The notes under the pieces were generated by a model that did no database searches, was not told the origin of the DNA, and saw nothing but the letters and a program-made list of their open reading frames with translations. This document shows, piece by piece, positions 1 to 12,550 of a stretch of 64,000 nt of DNA. The stretch lies in NCBI GenBank assembly GCA_964106645.2, contig OZ067042.1; one strand, 5' to 3'. Source of the stretch: Podarcis pityusensis. Taxonomy: Eukaryota. A program made the position numbers and the translations under genes. Within the stretch, counting starts at the first letter, position 1, and every line of letters starts with the position of its first letter.

Positions 1-518
1 AGGACAGGAGGCAGTGGAGAAAGTCTGAGAGAGATCTGGGGATAGAAACTTTTTGCAGACGTACAGAGAAGCAGAGAGTCACATGGACTTTTCTAGGGTT
101 GAGATAATCCAAAGGGGACTATGTAAAAAAGAAAAAAAATGTGATTGCATTGGAAAGGGGTTCTTAGTACTTCAGATGGGAGGCAGACTGCTGCAGAAGC
201 CAGTGGCATGATTCCTAAGAGGATTCCAAGGCATGTCCTGGGCTTAGCACACTGAGCTGGGTTTAGCTGCAGGATTAGGAATCTAAGGGCCTTTCCAAAT
301 TATCAGTGAAGGGGTCTCCCCATGCAAATTTTAATCTTTTCATGATAGACTTGCACATCTCTTTACAATGGCAGCGCAATATCTTAACTACATGCGGCAC
401 ATAGTAAAGCTTTTCTACCTAATCTATTTATGAACAGAATATGAAGAGTTTCTAATACCACAGTGTGCAGAACACAGACCTATTCTGCTCTATGTAAAAC
501 AGCGTGATAAACCATATA

Positions 519-585
519 CAGTGGTACCTCCGGTTATGAACTTAATTCATTCTGGAGGTCTGTTTGTAACTCAAAACCATTCTTA
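519..585 (-). mobile_element. Truncated Tc1/mariner (pogo/Tigger-like) MITE end
   Basis: TA|CAGTGGTACCTC terminus; near reverse complement of the right end of the 5568-5793 element. Confidence 0.7.
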
Positions 586-649
586 TCCATTCTTATCCTT
601 GCATATTGCTCAGTAATATTTCCTGCTTATCCATGAATTGGATTCTAAG

Positions 650-794
650 TTACAGGTAGGTAGCTGTGTTGGTCTGCCGTAGTCGAAACAAAATAAAAAA
701 AATCCTTCCAGTAGGTGCATGCACTCGAAAGCTCATACTAAATAACAAACATAGTTGATCTCTAAGGTGCTTCTGGAAGGATTTTTTTTATTTT
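650..794. mobile_element. Penelope-like element remnant with inverted terminal segments
   Basis: gtagctgtgttggtctg and cgaaagctcatac...ctaaggtgct signature; inverted aaaatccttccag/ctggaaggatttt; flanking direct repeat ttggattctaag (638-649, 793-804). Confidence 0.7.
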
Positions 795-1233
795 GGATTC
801 TAAGGGCAGCTTCACACACAAATCGCTGTTTACATCCATATAAATAGTCCCAGTTGTCTCTGGGTATGCAGTTGTATGGACAAATGTCATGTGTGTGCTG
901 CCATGTCATCAAGGATATGGCTGACAGCAATTCATGTAATTGTAGCAGTAGAGGAAATGCACGGTATCATGGGAGTTGTTGCAGTCACATCTGTGGTCAT
1001 TCTGATGGATTCCAAGTGATTTTTGGATCCTTGGAATATATCTGTTGTTTGATCCAGGGAAACATGGGCAGAACTGGTGGTTACCCCCAAACAGCTGCAG
1101 GTTACACAGGTAAGTGCAAATGGGACTTGCTCATTTCTGTTTCAGGCAGATGGGGTAGCTGAGGATTCTCAGGACCTAAGAGATGGATATATATACCTGT
1201 CTTGGAATAACCACCAGATAATATACTTGTTTT

Positions 1234-1584
1234 GGGACACAGGTGGCGCTGTGGGTTAAACCACAGAGCCTAGGACATGTCGATCAGAAGGTTGGCGGTT
1301 CGAATCCCTGCGATGGGGTGAGCTCCCGTTGCTTGGTCCCTGCTCCTGCCAACCTAGCAGTTCGAAAGCACGTCAAAGTGCAAGTAGATAAATAGGTACC
1401 GCTCTGGCGGGAAGGTAAATGGCATTTCCGTACGCTGCTCTGGTTCTCCAGAAGCGGCTTAGTAATGCTGGCCACATGACCCGGAAGCTGCACGCCGGCT
1501 CCCTCAGCCAATAAAGCGAGATGAGTGCTGCAACCCCAGAGTCGGTCACTACTGGACCTAATGGTCAGGGGTCCCTTTACCTTT
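1234..1584 (+). mobile_element. Sauria SINE (Squam1), full length
   Basis: tRNA-like head with box A/B (ggtggcgctgtggg, ggttcgaatcc), typical body, ccctttaccttta tail, approximate TSD aatatactt(g/t)ttt. Confidence 0.9.
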
Positions 1585-1897
1585 AATATACTTTTTTAAC
1601 ACCTGTACTTTCAATATGTGTAGTATTTCTCATGAAATCTAGGATGTGATACAAAATTTGGTGCTTGTGACAAAACCTCATTTTTCATGTTAAAAAAGTA
1701 GCATGTTTCAATGCCTTGGGGTCATGGTGATACATCTGAAACGTCAATGCTGTATTTATAAAAGGCTCTAGTATCCAGGAACCTGTGACCCGCAAGTTTG
1801 CCTCTACCAATAGTTTTCCCTCAGTTAAACATAAATCTCCTCCTGCTGCTTCATCATTCCCATCAAGAAAGAAATTGAACCATATATATATTCATAT

Positions 1898-2075
1898 TCA
1901 TAGAACCATAGAGACCCTGGTGGGGTCATCTAGTCCAACCCCCTGCAATGCAGGAATCTCAGCTAGATCAGATATGACAGATGGCCATCCGGCCTCTGCT
2001 TAAAAACCTCCCAGGAAGCAGAGTCCACCTCCTCTTGTGAGCGTCTTTTCCACTGCCAATCAACTCTTACCATTC
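1898..2075 (-). mobile_element. CR1 LINE 3' fragment
   Basis: catagaaccatagag...ggtcatctagtccaacccc...tccactg is the reverse complement of a CR1 3' end. Confidence 0.75.
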
Positions 2076-3348
2076 AAACAGTGAGCTCAAGAGTGTATGC
2101 ACGTAGGTAAAATATTTTACATATTTACCCATTTTCATAATTTATTTTGTGTGCTGAATTTGAGTTCCCCTGGTACAAATGTGAGTTTCTTTCGTGGGAG
2201 GGGGTTTGGATTTTTGGGAGAGAGGTGTAGATTATAGACAGCTCTGTATAAGGATGAATCTCTTAAAATCTGGGTAGTAAACTAAAGCTCCAAGTCCCAA
2301 GCAGTTGCTGCTGGATGTACAGAGTTCTTGCACTGGGAATGAGATAAACAGTAGTGCTAATAAAGAGAATGGCTGCTGTGAAAAATAGCGCACTGTTCTT
2401 TCAGTTCTGCAACACATTCCTGAAGCTTTATGTGTGCATATTTGTGTGGAGGATTCTGTTGCATTGCTGATACCTCCTTGGACATGGAGGAGCAGAAATG
2501 CTAACACCTTGTTAGTAGGCTCAGAATAGTGACTAAACCTAGCTGACTGGCAGACACAAATTTTTCCATCCCCTTTACTTGGAATCTGGAAAAGGGGATG
2601 GGATTTATTAAGTTATTGAGGTTATAGGTGGACTAGTTACACACTCAGTAAATGTGCAGCTTCTCTTCAAAGGTGTATTAACTATAAGAAACAAGTCAGT
2701 GCAGGAGTTGTGACTCCTGATCCTCCCTGCTCCCCAATCCATTATAATAGCCCACTCTTCTTGCACAACTGATACCCCCGGCTTTCCTACTCCTTTTGCA
2801 GATAGGGGAATGAATGAAACATGGGAGTCCTGGCTTTCTGCCTGTTCTCGTACACATTGCAAATGCATTGCGTGACTCCTCTGAGGAGTGCCTGAAACAT
2901 CTATGCGTGAGAATTGCCTTGCACCCACAGACGCTTGGCACACTTGGCTGCGAGAAAAAACTAATGGACATATCTGACTCTTTTCTATGGCCCCTAAGAG
3001 TGGATTAGCATGTCTTGCAGGAGTCGGGAGGATATCATTCCTAAGAGGGCCTCTCTGGACTAGTTTGTTCATCTCAGGACAGTTCCGGGTCCTCAGGATC
3101 CCATTCTTTGCCAGCAGGGACCTCGAGCCAGAACAGGACCCAGCAGTTTGCCAAGAAACAGCTGCATGTGTTTTTCCCATGGGCTATTGTTCTTGGTTGC
3201 TAAGGAACAGGGCCCTTCAGGTGTCGCCCGGGAGACAAGGGCCTGGGTATTTGGTTTTAGGTCAGCTGCAATAAAGGCGACAGAACTGCCTGGGCGTCCT
3301 GGGTCCTCCTCTGTCATTTGTCAGCTGCTCCTCTTTCCCTGTGCATGT

Positions 3349-3351
<3 letters not shown>

Positions 3352-3404
<53 letters not shown>

Positions 3405-3418
3405 TTATGTGTGTGTGT
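3352..3418. repeat. Compound (CT)n(GT)n microsatellite
   Basis: Direct reading. Confidence 0.95.
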
Positions 3419-3586
3419 TCAAGAGAGAAAGACTGGGCAGACTGCCTGCCAGTCTGGGACCTATGCCAGTTTGGTAACGCACCTGACATCTCCCTGAGCA
3501 GTGTGTGATTTGCCTGGGCTCACTTTGGCCCCATGGCAAATGCACTGCTGGGCATCCTTTCCCCTTGCTGTCGATATCCTCTGATG

Positions 3587-3737
3587 GAATCATAGAATTG
3601 TAGAGATGGGACCCCGAGGGTCATCTAGCCCATCCCCCTGCAATGCAGGAATCCTGCTCACCAATCCCTTTGTGGGCTCAAACCACCAGCCTTTTGATTA
3701 ACAGCCAGGTGCACTGACCCATTGTTTCATCTGAAAC
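3587..3737 (-). mobile_element. SINE-like retroposon: tRNA-Asn(GTT)-derived head plus CR1 3' tail
   Basis: Minus strand reads ...ctggctgttaatcaaaaggctggtggtttgagcccac... (degenerate tRNA-Asn), then gattcctgcattgcagg...ctacaattctatgattc (CR1 tail). Confidence 0.7.
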
Positions 3738-4756
3738 AAGTAACTGGCTTGTATCCTGTAGACTTCTTGGGTCACCTAGGCCAGCATAGGGAAACATCAG
3801 GCCTGGAGGCTGGATGAGATACTCCAGGACCCTGAGAACATCACATACGGAGTATTTCTGCCTGACTGGAATGTATACTTGAATTCTGATAATGCCTGTC
3901 GTTTGCATATGTATGTGCAGAAACTGGCCTGCTTTACAAAGTTAAGATTCCCATTCATTGCTCCGGCCACTTTTGCTTTTGCCCAGGCATCACAACTGAC
4001 TGTCATGTGTCCCCAGAATTTACGCAGCCTTCGTGCTGAAAAGGGCTCTCCACCCCCGCCTTCAGCACACATCTGGCAGCTTCCAATCCTAGTCCCTGCC
4101 CCTGAAATGGTTTTCTTCTACTGGAAAAGCAAACCCCTTATTATTTTTATATAGTGCCCAACAGCCAAAGCTCTCTGGGTGGTGCACAAGATAAGAGATT
4201 AAAGCTATAAAATACAAGACTATAACAATAAAACTTACCATAAAATCTAAAAGAAATTTAAAGCAGCCACAGAATAAAAACCAAAGTCTTTTCCCCTCCC
4301 TCTGCCTCTTTACTAGGAAGGGGCAGGGGGCTATTCAACTTGCATCCAATTCATTATTCTGTCTTCCTTTCATAGGCGAAGCCAGTCATATGCTCTTGCA
4401 TGGTCCATGTTCCCCAGAGAAAAGGCTGTCAGGTAGCAGATATGAAAGACCTCTGCCTGAGACCTTGGAAAACCAGGCCCTCCCCCAACTGTCCACCACA
4501 GGGATGTCTGAAGGACCATCTTGCCTGGAGGGGGACTGGCAAATAAAGAATCTTGGGGGATTCATTTAGCTTCCATAGTAGCCTCTACTCTCCCACCTCT
4601 CCACCTCCCAACCACCACCACCAGGTCTTCTGCAGAACCATCTTGCCTGAGGGGAGTTAGAATAAGTAGTAACAGCTTCCAGCAAACAAGTAGTTATTTC
4701 CATTTTATTGTACCTTTTTAAAAGCAATTTTTATTGTTGTAATAACCTTATGCAAA

Positions 4757-4960
4757 CCTGTGGAACGCTCTCCCATCAGATGTCAAAGAAATAAACAACT
4801 ATCTGACTTTTAGAAGACATCTGAAGGCAGCCCTGTTTAGGGAAGCTTTTAATATTTGATGAATTGTTGTATTTTAATATTTTGTTGGAAGCCACCCAGA
4901 GTGGCTGGGGAAACCCAGTCAGATGGGCGGGGTATAAATAAGTTGCTGTTGTTGTTGTTA
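4757..4960 (+). mobile_element. L2 LINE 3' end
   Basis: ctgtggaacgctctccc (LWNALP), gccacccagagtggctgggg...gggcggggtataaata, (TTG)n tail. Confidence 0.8.
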
Positions 4961-5567
4961 CTTTGTGAGGTCCACCTGACAAACAGTGTATAAATACTGT
5001 GCCGTAAATCAGTAATCTGACTTTCTATGTTTCCTGTAAAGGACTGGAAAATCCTGCAACATCTGTTCACGGATGGTGCTAACAATTATTGTTATGTGCA
5101 CCTGTCTTAACTTTGGAACAAAGAAATAGAGAAGCAAGTGAGAACAAGGGCAAACAGGAACCATTGTTCATGAAATTTCCAGGTGTATTGTTGTTGCAAA
5201 TTAAGATGCTGTAGAAGGATTCTCTCCCTTTAAAAAGCTGTAATATGTGACCTAGTAAATGCCACATCTGTAAATATTATCAGGTGGTTTCAGGGCTGAC
5301 ACCACAGGTCAGAAGAACATTTCACGTGCTTCAAATTGGACAGATGGAGTAGGGTGGACAAGATCTTACTCATTTCTTCTCACCTCCCCATATTTCTCCA
5401 GCATATTGTCATGTTAGAGACTGGAGGGGTTTAGACCTGAGCTCCCCTTGCCCCCTGCCATATTTATTAATCCAGATTATTGCAAGATTTATCCAATTGG
5501 CAAGCTAGCCTCTCTCTTTAAGGTAGACATCTGAAGCTTGGTGGCTCAGACAAGGTCTTACCAAGTA

Positions 5568-5793
5568 CAGTGGTACTTCAGGTTACATACGCTTCAGGTT
5601 ACAGACCCTGCTAACCCAGAAATATTACCTCAGGTTAAGAACTTTGCTTCAGGATGAGAACAGAAACCATGCTCTGGCGGTGCAGCGGCAGCAGGAAGCC
5701 CCATTAGCTAAAGTGGTGCTTCAGGTTAAGACCAGTTTCAGGTTAAGTACGGACCTCTGGAATGAATTAAGTACTTAACCTGAGGTACCACTG
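5568..5793 (+). mobile_element. Tc1/mariner (Tigger-like) MITE, 226 bp
   Basis: TIRs cagtggtacttcaggtta / taacctgaggtaccactg, TA on both sides. Confidence 0.88.
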
Positions 5794-6018
5794 TAGTTCC
5801 AGATGGGCCTCTCCATGGAGGTCAAACAGCTGTTGATAATCCAAGGAGGAACCATGGCTGCAGAGGGTGAGTTTTTTAATCCACACCCTCTGAGAGGTAG
5901 CCACGACCATAGGGGAGCATCTACAGAAGGAGCATGTGGTGAAGAAGAGAGCCTCTTCCACGTAGGTGTCCTGTTGCTGGAACGCTCCCTCCTTATGGAG
6001 GGCATCAGGTTAAGTCTT

Positions 6019-6311
6019 CATACACCGCAAGTGTCCCAGGAAAACCAGGACATTCTGCTTTTTCTTGCAAGAGCACCGCAGCCATTTTGGGTACTGTGAT
6101 TTCGCGCCAAGATCTTGCCCCCCCCAAAAAAAGTGGCTGTGATCTTGTGTGGCACCCCAAAATACATGTTTTTGGGCACTGTGACAGTCCAGCCCAAAAA
6201 AAGCATGCTTTTGGGAGGTCTGTGATCTCCCGCAGGTCACGTGACTTGTGTGCGAGCATTGATTGGAAGACGCACATCCCAGTTTTGGGACTCAACATGT
6301 TGGAGGGTATG
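6019..6311. mobile_element. hAT (Blackjack-like) non-autonomous element, diverged
   Basis: Ends catacaccgcaa / ttggagggtatg, subterminal gtccc/ggac motifs; no clear TSD. Confidence 0.55.
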
Positions 6312-6785
6312 AGATGTGCTTTTTTTGCCCAGGCATTTTAAGTTCTGTAAACTGGTTATTGTTTTACCTTCTTGGTTGTTTTTAGCTGCCTTACTTATTT
6401 GGTGGTGTATTTTAGTATATATTATTTTTATTTATTAAATTTATATACTGCCATCACAGGGTCGTTTACAGTATAAAAACAAGTTGTTTGTTTTATGATT
6501 TGGTGGGTTTTTCTTTATTGTCAGGCTGTTGGCCTACCTCACCTGCCTCTGTTGGTGCTTTCATGTGAACTATTTGTTTATCCTTATTTCTCTGCAGGAA
6601 ATTCAGACGATGTTGACTATATAATGAGCATTCATTCTGATTTCTTTGCAGGGAGGTTAGATGACTTTGCATCAAAGCAAGTCCGCTGCTTTGCCCCTGT
6701 CACTTCCATTACTGTAAAAAAGAAAAAGAAAAGAAAAGAAAATTGGGAGAAAGTGGGTTTTGGCTCAAGCCCTCCCAATCGATTA

Positions 6786-7005
6786 TAGGCAACCCCCGAT
6801 TTGCGCGGGGGTTGTGTTCTGGGTCATTGTGCGCTTGCGTGAAATCACATACAATTGAAACACTCTGTTCCGCTCTTACCGCTGCCCTTGCCCCACCCTT
6901 TTAGTGACATCTTTTATGAAGTTTCTGGGTTACTTCTGGGTTTGGCGCTGCGCACATGTGTGCAATTGCATACATATCAGTCACACCTAAAACAGGGGTT
7001 GCCAG
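6786..7005. mobile_element. Tc1/mariner-type MITE, 220 bp
   Basis: ta|taggcaacccc ... ggggttgccag|ta. Confidence 0.7.
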
Positions 7006-7355
7006 TACTGTATGTGATTGATTCCTACCCCAAAACAGTGGCACTCAGAAGCCCCCTGTTGCATCTCCTCTGCCTCTGTTGTTTCTTCTGCTGCTCACCA
7101 TTTGGTTTGTTTTCTGCCTACCACCCCATCACCACCTATCTTACCACCTGATCTCACAGGTTCATGTATTAATCTTTGGCTGTCCGCATTGCCTTGGCAA
7201 CTGCTGCTTATGTATTTTTGAAGTGTTCAACTCATAAAGTCATGTTTGCTAGTGAATCACATAAACATAATCCTACAAGCTGAACATATTTGTATGTATC
7301 CAGTTGGAAAGTACCAGGTGATACAAAGTGTGTCATTGAACGTCTTCCTCATTCT

Positions 7356-7655
7356 GCACAGTGTGGTGTAGTGGTTAAGAGCGGTAGACTCGTAATCTGG
7401 TGAACCAGGTTCGTGTCTCCGCTCCTCCACATGCAGCTGCTGGGTGACCCTGGCCTAGTCACACTTCTCTGAAATCTCTCAGCCTCACTCACCTCACAGA
7501 GTGTTTGTTGTGGGGGAGGAAGGGAAAGGAGAATGTTAGCCGCTTTGAGACTCCTTAGGGTAGTGATAAAGCAGGATATCAAATCCAAATTCCTCCTCCT
7601 CCTCCTCCTCCTCCTCCTCCTCTTCTTCTTCTTCTTCTTCTTCTTCTTCTTCTTC
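7356..7655 (+). mobile_element. CORE-SINE (Squam3-like) with (CCT)n(CTT)n tail
   Basis: tRNA-like head gtggtgtagtggtt...ggttcg, CORE-like gctgggtgaccctggcctagtcac...tctcagcctca, L2-like tail gttagccgctttgag, microsatellite tail 7591-7655. Confidence 0.82.
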
Positions 7656-8714
7656 ACATTGGCTATCTCAATCCAATTGGTAGAGGGCATCACCACCCCA
7701 TTTTTTTTGGGGGGGGAGGGCAGCCCTTTATGGTCCAGTGCCCAAGGCTGTTCAGAGTCTGTGTCCGCAAGAAAATCCAAAATCTGAAATGTGCAGAAGA
7801 ATAAAGTTTTCACATTCTGGTGCCATAAGTCATAACTGGTGTGTCTGTGGGTGTGTACAAACTGAATTGTTCTGTGACCACTGCGCTGATACCTAGGGAT
7901 TTAGGCTTCTGTTGGTTTGCATATGAGGAGAAATAGAGCACTGCATCACTGCATGATTTCTTGATGCATGGAAGGCTCATCAAAGAGCATCTTTTTAGAA
8001 TCTGCCTTCTATTTCAGATGCCTTGCTCTTCTCATCCTGAGCTTCGGATGCTTTCTCCCCAAACTCCTGACATAAATAAAAGCGGAACATCTCAGGAAGC
8101 CAAACCTGTGCCAGATTCCAGAGTGTTGTACACGGTAGTAGGCCAGTGTACAGTTGAGCATATAGTGGAAGAAAGAAGCTAATGCCACCTTCTTGGGAAG
8201 ACTGATTTGGATGCTACAGGGCTCTGCCTTTTAGCTGAGAAAATAGCACCACAAATGGGCGGTTTGGACCATCTGTTCTGGCTCACTCTTGCCCAGCCTT
8301 CTCCATCCTGGTGCCCTGCAGATGATTCAGATTGCAACTTCCGTCAGCTTCAGCCAACACATGTGTTGCCTGAAGCTGTTGGGAGTTGTAGCCCAAAACT
8401 TCTGGATAGAGGCATACCTAGGGTCCCTTGCACCCTCTGACAAGGAGCTATATCTGTGCTGCCCCCCCCCCCCAAATCTAAAAAGCAGGTGAGTTTGCCT
8501 GGACAGGAGGAACATGCCTCTACAGGGTTGGATGGGGTGCCCACACTGCTCCCTGCCTGGAAGCTGCTCCAAGGACCTCTTTCTGTCCCCTCTTGCAGCA
8601 GCAGCAGCTTCTTCTATTGGAGATCCTGGCGGATTCCTTCTGTGGGTGAAGCAGGTGCTGTAGCGCTGAGCTGAGGGTGCATGTGCTCCAGGTATCATGG
8701 GAGGATGCTGATAG

Positions 8715-9065
8715 TAATAATAATATAATAATTTATTATTTATACCCCACCCATCTGGCTGAGTTTCCCAAGCCACTCTGGGCGGCTCCCAATTGAGTGT
8801 TTAAAACAATATAGCATTAATTATTAAAAACGTCCCTAAACAGGGCTGCCTTCAGATGTCTTTTAAAAATAAGATAGCTGCTTATTTCCTTGACATCTGA
8901 TGGGAGGGTGTTCCACAGGGCAGGTGCCACTACCGAGAAGGCCCTCTGTCTGGTTCCCTGTAACCTCACTTCTCACAATGAGGGAACCGCCAGAAGGCCC
9001 TCTGTGCTGGATCTCAGTGTCCGGGCTGAACGATGGGGGTGGAGATGCTCCTTCAGGTATACAGG
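8715..9065 (-). mobile_element. L2 LINE 3' fragment
   Basis: Reverse complement of the 4757-4960 family; (TAA)n tail; approximate flanking duplication aggatgc(c)tgatag. Confidence 0.82.
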
Positions 9066-12000
9066 ATGCCTGATAGGTGACATTTGTGGGCCCTCCCCAG
9101 CCTGCGCCCCCAGTGGCAGGTGGTTTCGCCAACCCCTAGGTCTGCCTCTGCTTCTGGAGCGCACTAGGTTTGGGGAAGGCTGGTTTAGCTGGTGGAATTG
9201 AGGCTGGAGGGAGGCCCACCTGTTGGCTTTCTCCAGACATTCTGCTGCTGGGCTGCCTGCCTGGTTGCCTGGATTCATGTTTCCTACTTTCTCTCATTTC
9301 CTTCCATAAATGATAAAAAAATAAATAGTGCAGAATGAAGAGGCAGGGCTGCAGAGGACTAGGGGGAGGGGGTGAAGCAGGAGATAGATTACCAACCTCA
9401 TTCGGCCCATTTTCCTTTACACAGGTGCTGACCCCTGACATTCCATGGCAGCTTGGGGGCCTTAACCTGAGAAAAAGCAAACATTCGCTCTCCTCTGCGC
9501 CTTGGTGGTGCAGCCTCCGCTCCTAGCCAGCACTTGCACTGGCCTTGTGGCTGCAGGATGGGTGGTCTCCACAGAAAGAGTTATCCCACCCTTAACCAGA
9601 GAGGCAAACCTTTCTGATTTGCTCAGCTCCTGATAATGGCTTGTTCCATAGTGGTGTAGCTGGAGGTTTGCCTTGTGGGTGGGGGTTGTTGTCAGTGATG
9701 GGGAGGCAGTGGGAGAAAGCAGTGTTTTCAGATAAAGGAATCTACGCTGAGCATAATACTTTGCTTAAACTATGTCTTTTAGTATCATTGGGAGTGCCTC
9801 AGGCGTGCCTTAATCAACTGACAGGGTTGTCAGATCCAAATTGAACCTGTTTTGTTCTGCAGAGTGGTGACATCCTGGATTAAGGAATAAACAATAGGAT
9901 ACCTGCTCAGACACAGGACATCTGGAAGAAATACTCCCGAACCTTTTTCATAGGCGCCCCTTGGGTAGGGGACAGTCCCTAATGGGTTACTGCCAAAATC
10001 TCACTTGTGCGTCTTGAGATTCCCCAGGATTTTGAAAACTGTACGCTTTGACTCAGAACTAAAGACAAGTAAGAGGACTCCATGAGGGGCTTAAACAGTA
10101 CTCTAGTTGGAACAGGACCTCACACCAGCTCAGTTTTATAGTGTGCACATAATTGCCTCTTGGCTTCGGGATTGTAATGTATAGCAGATGTAGGACTGAG
10201 CCACCTGGTGCTGCAAGGGAGGGTCAGGGTGATGGATATTTTGACTAGGAGAGGCAACAGTGGCTGGTGAGGGTGCTTGGCTACTTTGGGGCAATGCTCA
10301 AGTCAGGCAGGAAATCTGTGACAAAGAGCAAAGGATACAAGGCCTCCAGCTGGCCCTGCATGGAGCCTTCGAAGGCTGCTGAGCGACTCCTAGGAGAACA
10401 CATCATGAATATGCCCATCTCCACATTTTTATAGCCTTGTTCTCTTGGCATAGTCGCTACTTTGCCTTGCCCTTGTGGCTCTCCCACCCCCCACTGCCAG
10501 TATGCTACTCAGCTGAACAGACTGTCAGTGCCAGTGAAGGTTTGAGCTCCTGATGCTCAGGGTCAAAGGACTGCATGAAAAAGCTGTGCTTTCTGGATAA
10601 GCAGAAGCGAAACAGATTTTCCTGACATAAATAGGGGATTTACTGAGATATTACGGGGGCAGCTGAGGAGAGGAAATGCAAACCTATCTCAGCTTACTAA
10701 ACCAACTTAAATCTAACCCTTGAGTATATGTAATAGTGAAATGTAATCACCCACACAGAGTGAATGACTTTGGATTGGCCTCCTCAGATTTTACACTGGC
10801 TGTCTCAACCCATATATACGTGGGGCGGGGGGGGGGAATGTGGGGACTGCATCGGAGATCTGAGGCTTCGACCACCCAGATTTGACGGAACTCCTCTTGT
10901 TACATCCCCTAAGAAACTTTTTAAACAATGACAAGCTCTGTCCCCTTTTGCAACGTGCTCTATAGATTCAGAATTATAATAAGGTGGTGCATGCGTACAT
11001 GACTGGGAAACTGTGGCAGGGAGCATCACACGGTTGTGAAGAAGAGCATAAGTGCTGCCTTGCTAAATAAGGCCATAGATTAGGATCGGAAACAGGAAGC
11101 CCTTTGGCTCAGGCTTTCAGAAGGAAGCATTCAATCCAGATGAAAGGGAGTTGTAAAAGATGTGACAGGAGTAACTGGATTTGCTGTCAGGCAGCTTTGA
11201 AGGGCTGGGCTGTGTAGCATTATCTCATCGCTCCTCAAACCCTTTTTAGAAGGACTCCCCAGGAAAAGCAGTTTTTGGCCAGGTCCATAGGCCAATCTAA
11301 TTCAAGATTCTGTCTTTCGCAGCAGCCAGGGCTGACCTACCCATGGGGCAAGGTGAGGCGACCATCTCCAGTGTCCACAGGAACAGAAGATCCAGCTTCC
11401 AAGGAATGCATTGCCCACTGCTGCCACTGCAACGACTGCGGCACACTCCTTGGAGGCCAGATCTGCCATTTTCTTGGGCAGCCTTTTCCATGCCACTTCT
11501 ACAGTGGCCTCTTGGTGAATAGGAGGAGCTGCTGCTCTCTTCCCACCCTTGTTCCCAATGCAGAACTTTATTCTCCACCCCCCACCTTGTTACGTGATAT
11601 AGATCTCCACTCCTTCCATGGCAGAGAGTGGGGTGCCATTTTGTGGTTCACCTCAGGTGCCAAAATGTCTTGGTCTTGGTCTGGCAATGGCCACTCCATG
11701 CACCTGAGAAACCCACAACTAGGGCAGGGTACAGCTGGTCATCCCCAGTTGTGGTGAGCATCACCAATGTCTGGTAAACAGATGAATGTGAGGTTTGCAT
11801 TCTTAGCTATAATAACTAATATATACTGCTATGTGTGCAAACTATGGTAGGCTAGCTGGAACTTTCTAAGGTGGTTTTAATAGTTGTTGTCAGGTGACAA
11901 CTTCTGCTACTACCTATGTTCGTCTGTGGTAAGGGGCTTCTAGGCAAAGCAATAACTTGCAGCTAGTCATTCTGATCCAATTTTTCTGTTTGTGCTATTG

Positions 12001-12292
12001 TCATATGAGGTTCAACATAGGCACAGCTTAAGTCCTATGCTTTCCACAGCTATACAGCAGTTTCCCATTTACACCAATGGGCCGTCCTTGAGGGGAATGT
12101 TCCCATGCTCTGTGGTCCGGCTCCCCACCTCAGTAACTACTCCCTTGTCATTCACTTACCTTTTCCTGTTCTGGACATGTGCACAAGTATTTCTTCTCCT
12201 TAGGGATACCTTTCTCAAAAGGTATTCCTCAAAAGGTATTTGAGGTATTCCTTTTCCTCTGCTGACTTTTTAGGGTCAGCACTTGGCATAGT

Positions 12293-12437
12293 AGAATCAT
12301 AGAATGTAGAGTTGGACAGGACCGTGAGAGTCATCTAGTCCAACCCTCTGCAATGCAGGAATCTTTTTGCTCAACGTGGGGCTCGAACCCACAACCTTAA
12401 GATGAAGAGCCTCATGCTCTACTGACTAAGCTATCCC
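12293..12437 (-). mobile_element. SINE: tRNA-Lys(CTT)-derived head plus CR1 3' tail
   Basis: Minus strand ggatagcttagtcagtagagcatgaggctcttcatctt...gggttcgagccccacgttg, then CR1 tail ending ctatgattct. Confidence 0.82.
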
Positions 12438-12506
12438 AACAGCTGCTTCTGAAAGCTGAGAAGTCCTCATGTATATTTGTCCTCCTGGGCATATATTTGT
12501 GTGCAG

Positions 12507-12507
<1 letters not shown>

Positions 12508-12548
<41 letters not shown>
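12508..12548. repeat. (CA)n microsatellite
   Basis: Direct reading. Confidence 0.95.

Positions 12549-12550
<2 letters not shown>

Noticed and set aside
700-775. Penelope-type hammerhead ribozyme
   Set aside because: Only the CGAAA half of the core is present. The CTGANGA half is missing from this copy.
7349-7813. 154-aa poly-K/poly-R ORF and the poly-L/F ORF on the other strand
   Set aside because: Artefact of the (CCT)n(CTT)n SINE tail.
12365-12437. Functional tRNA-Lys gene (likewise tRNA-Asn at 3663-3737)
   Set aside because: Stems and anticodon loop are mutated and the sequences are fused to a CR1 tail, so these are SINE heads.
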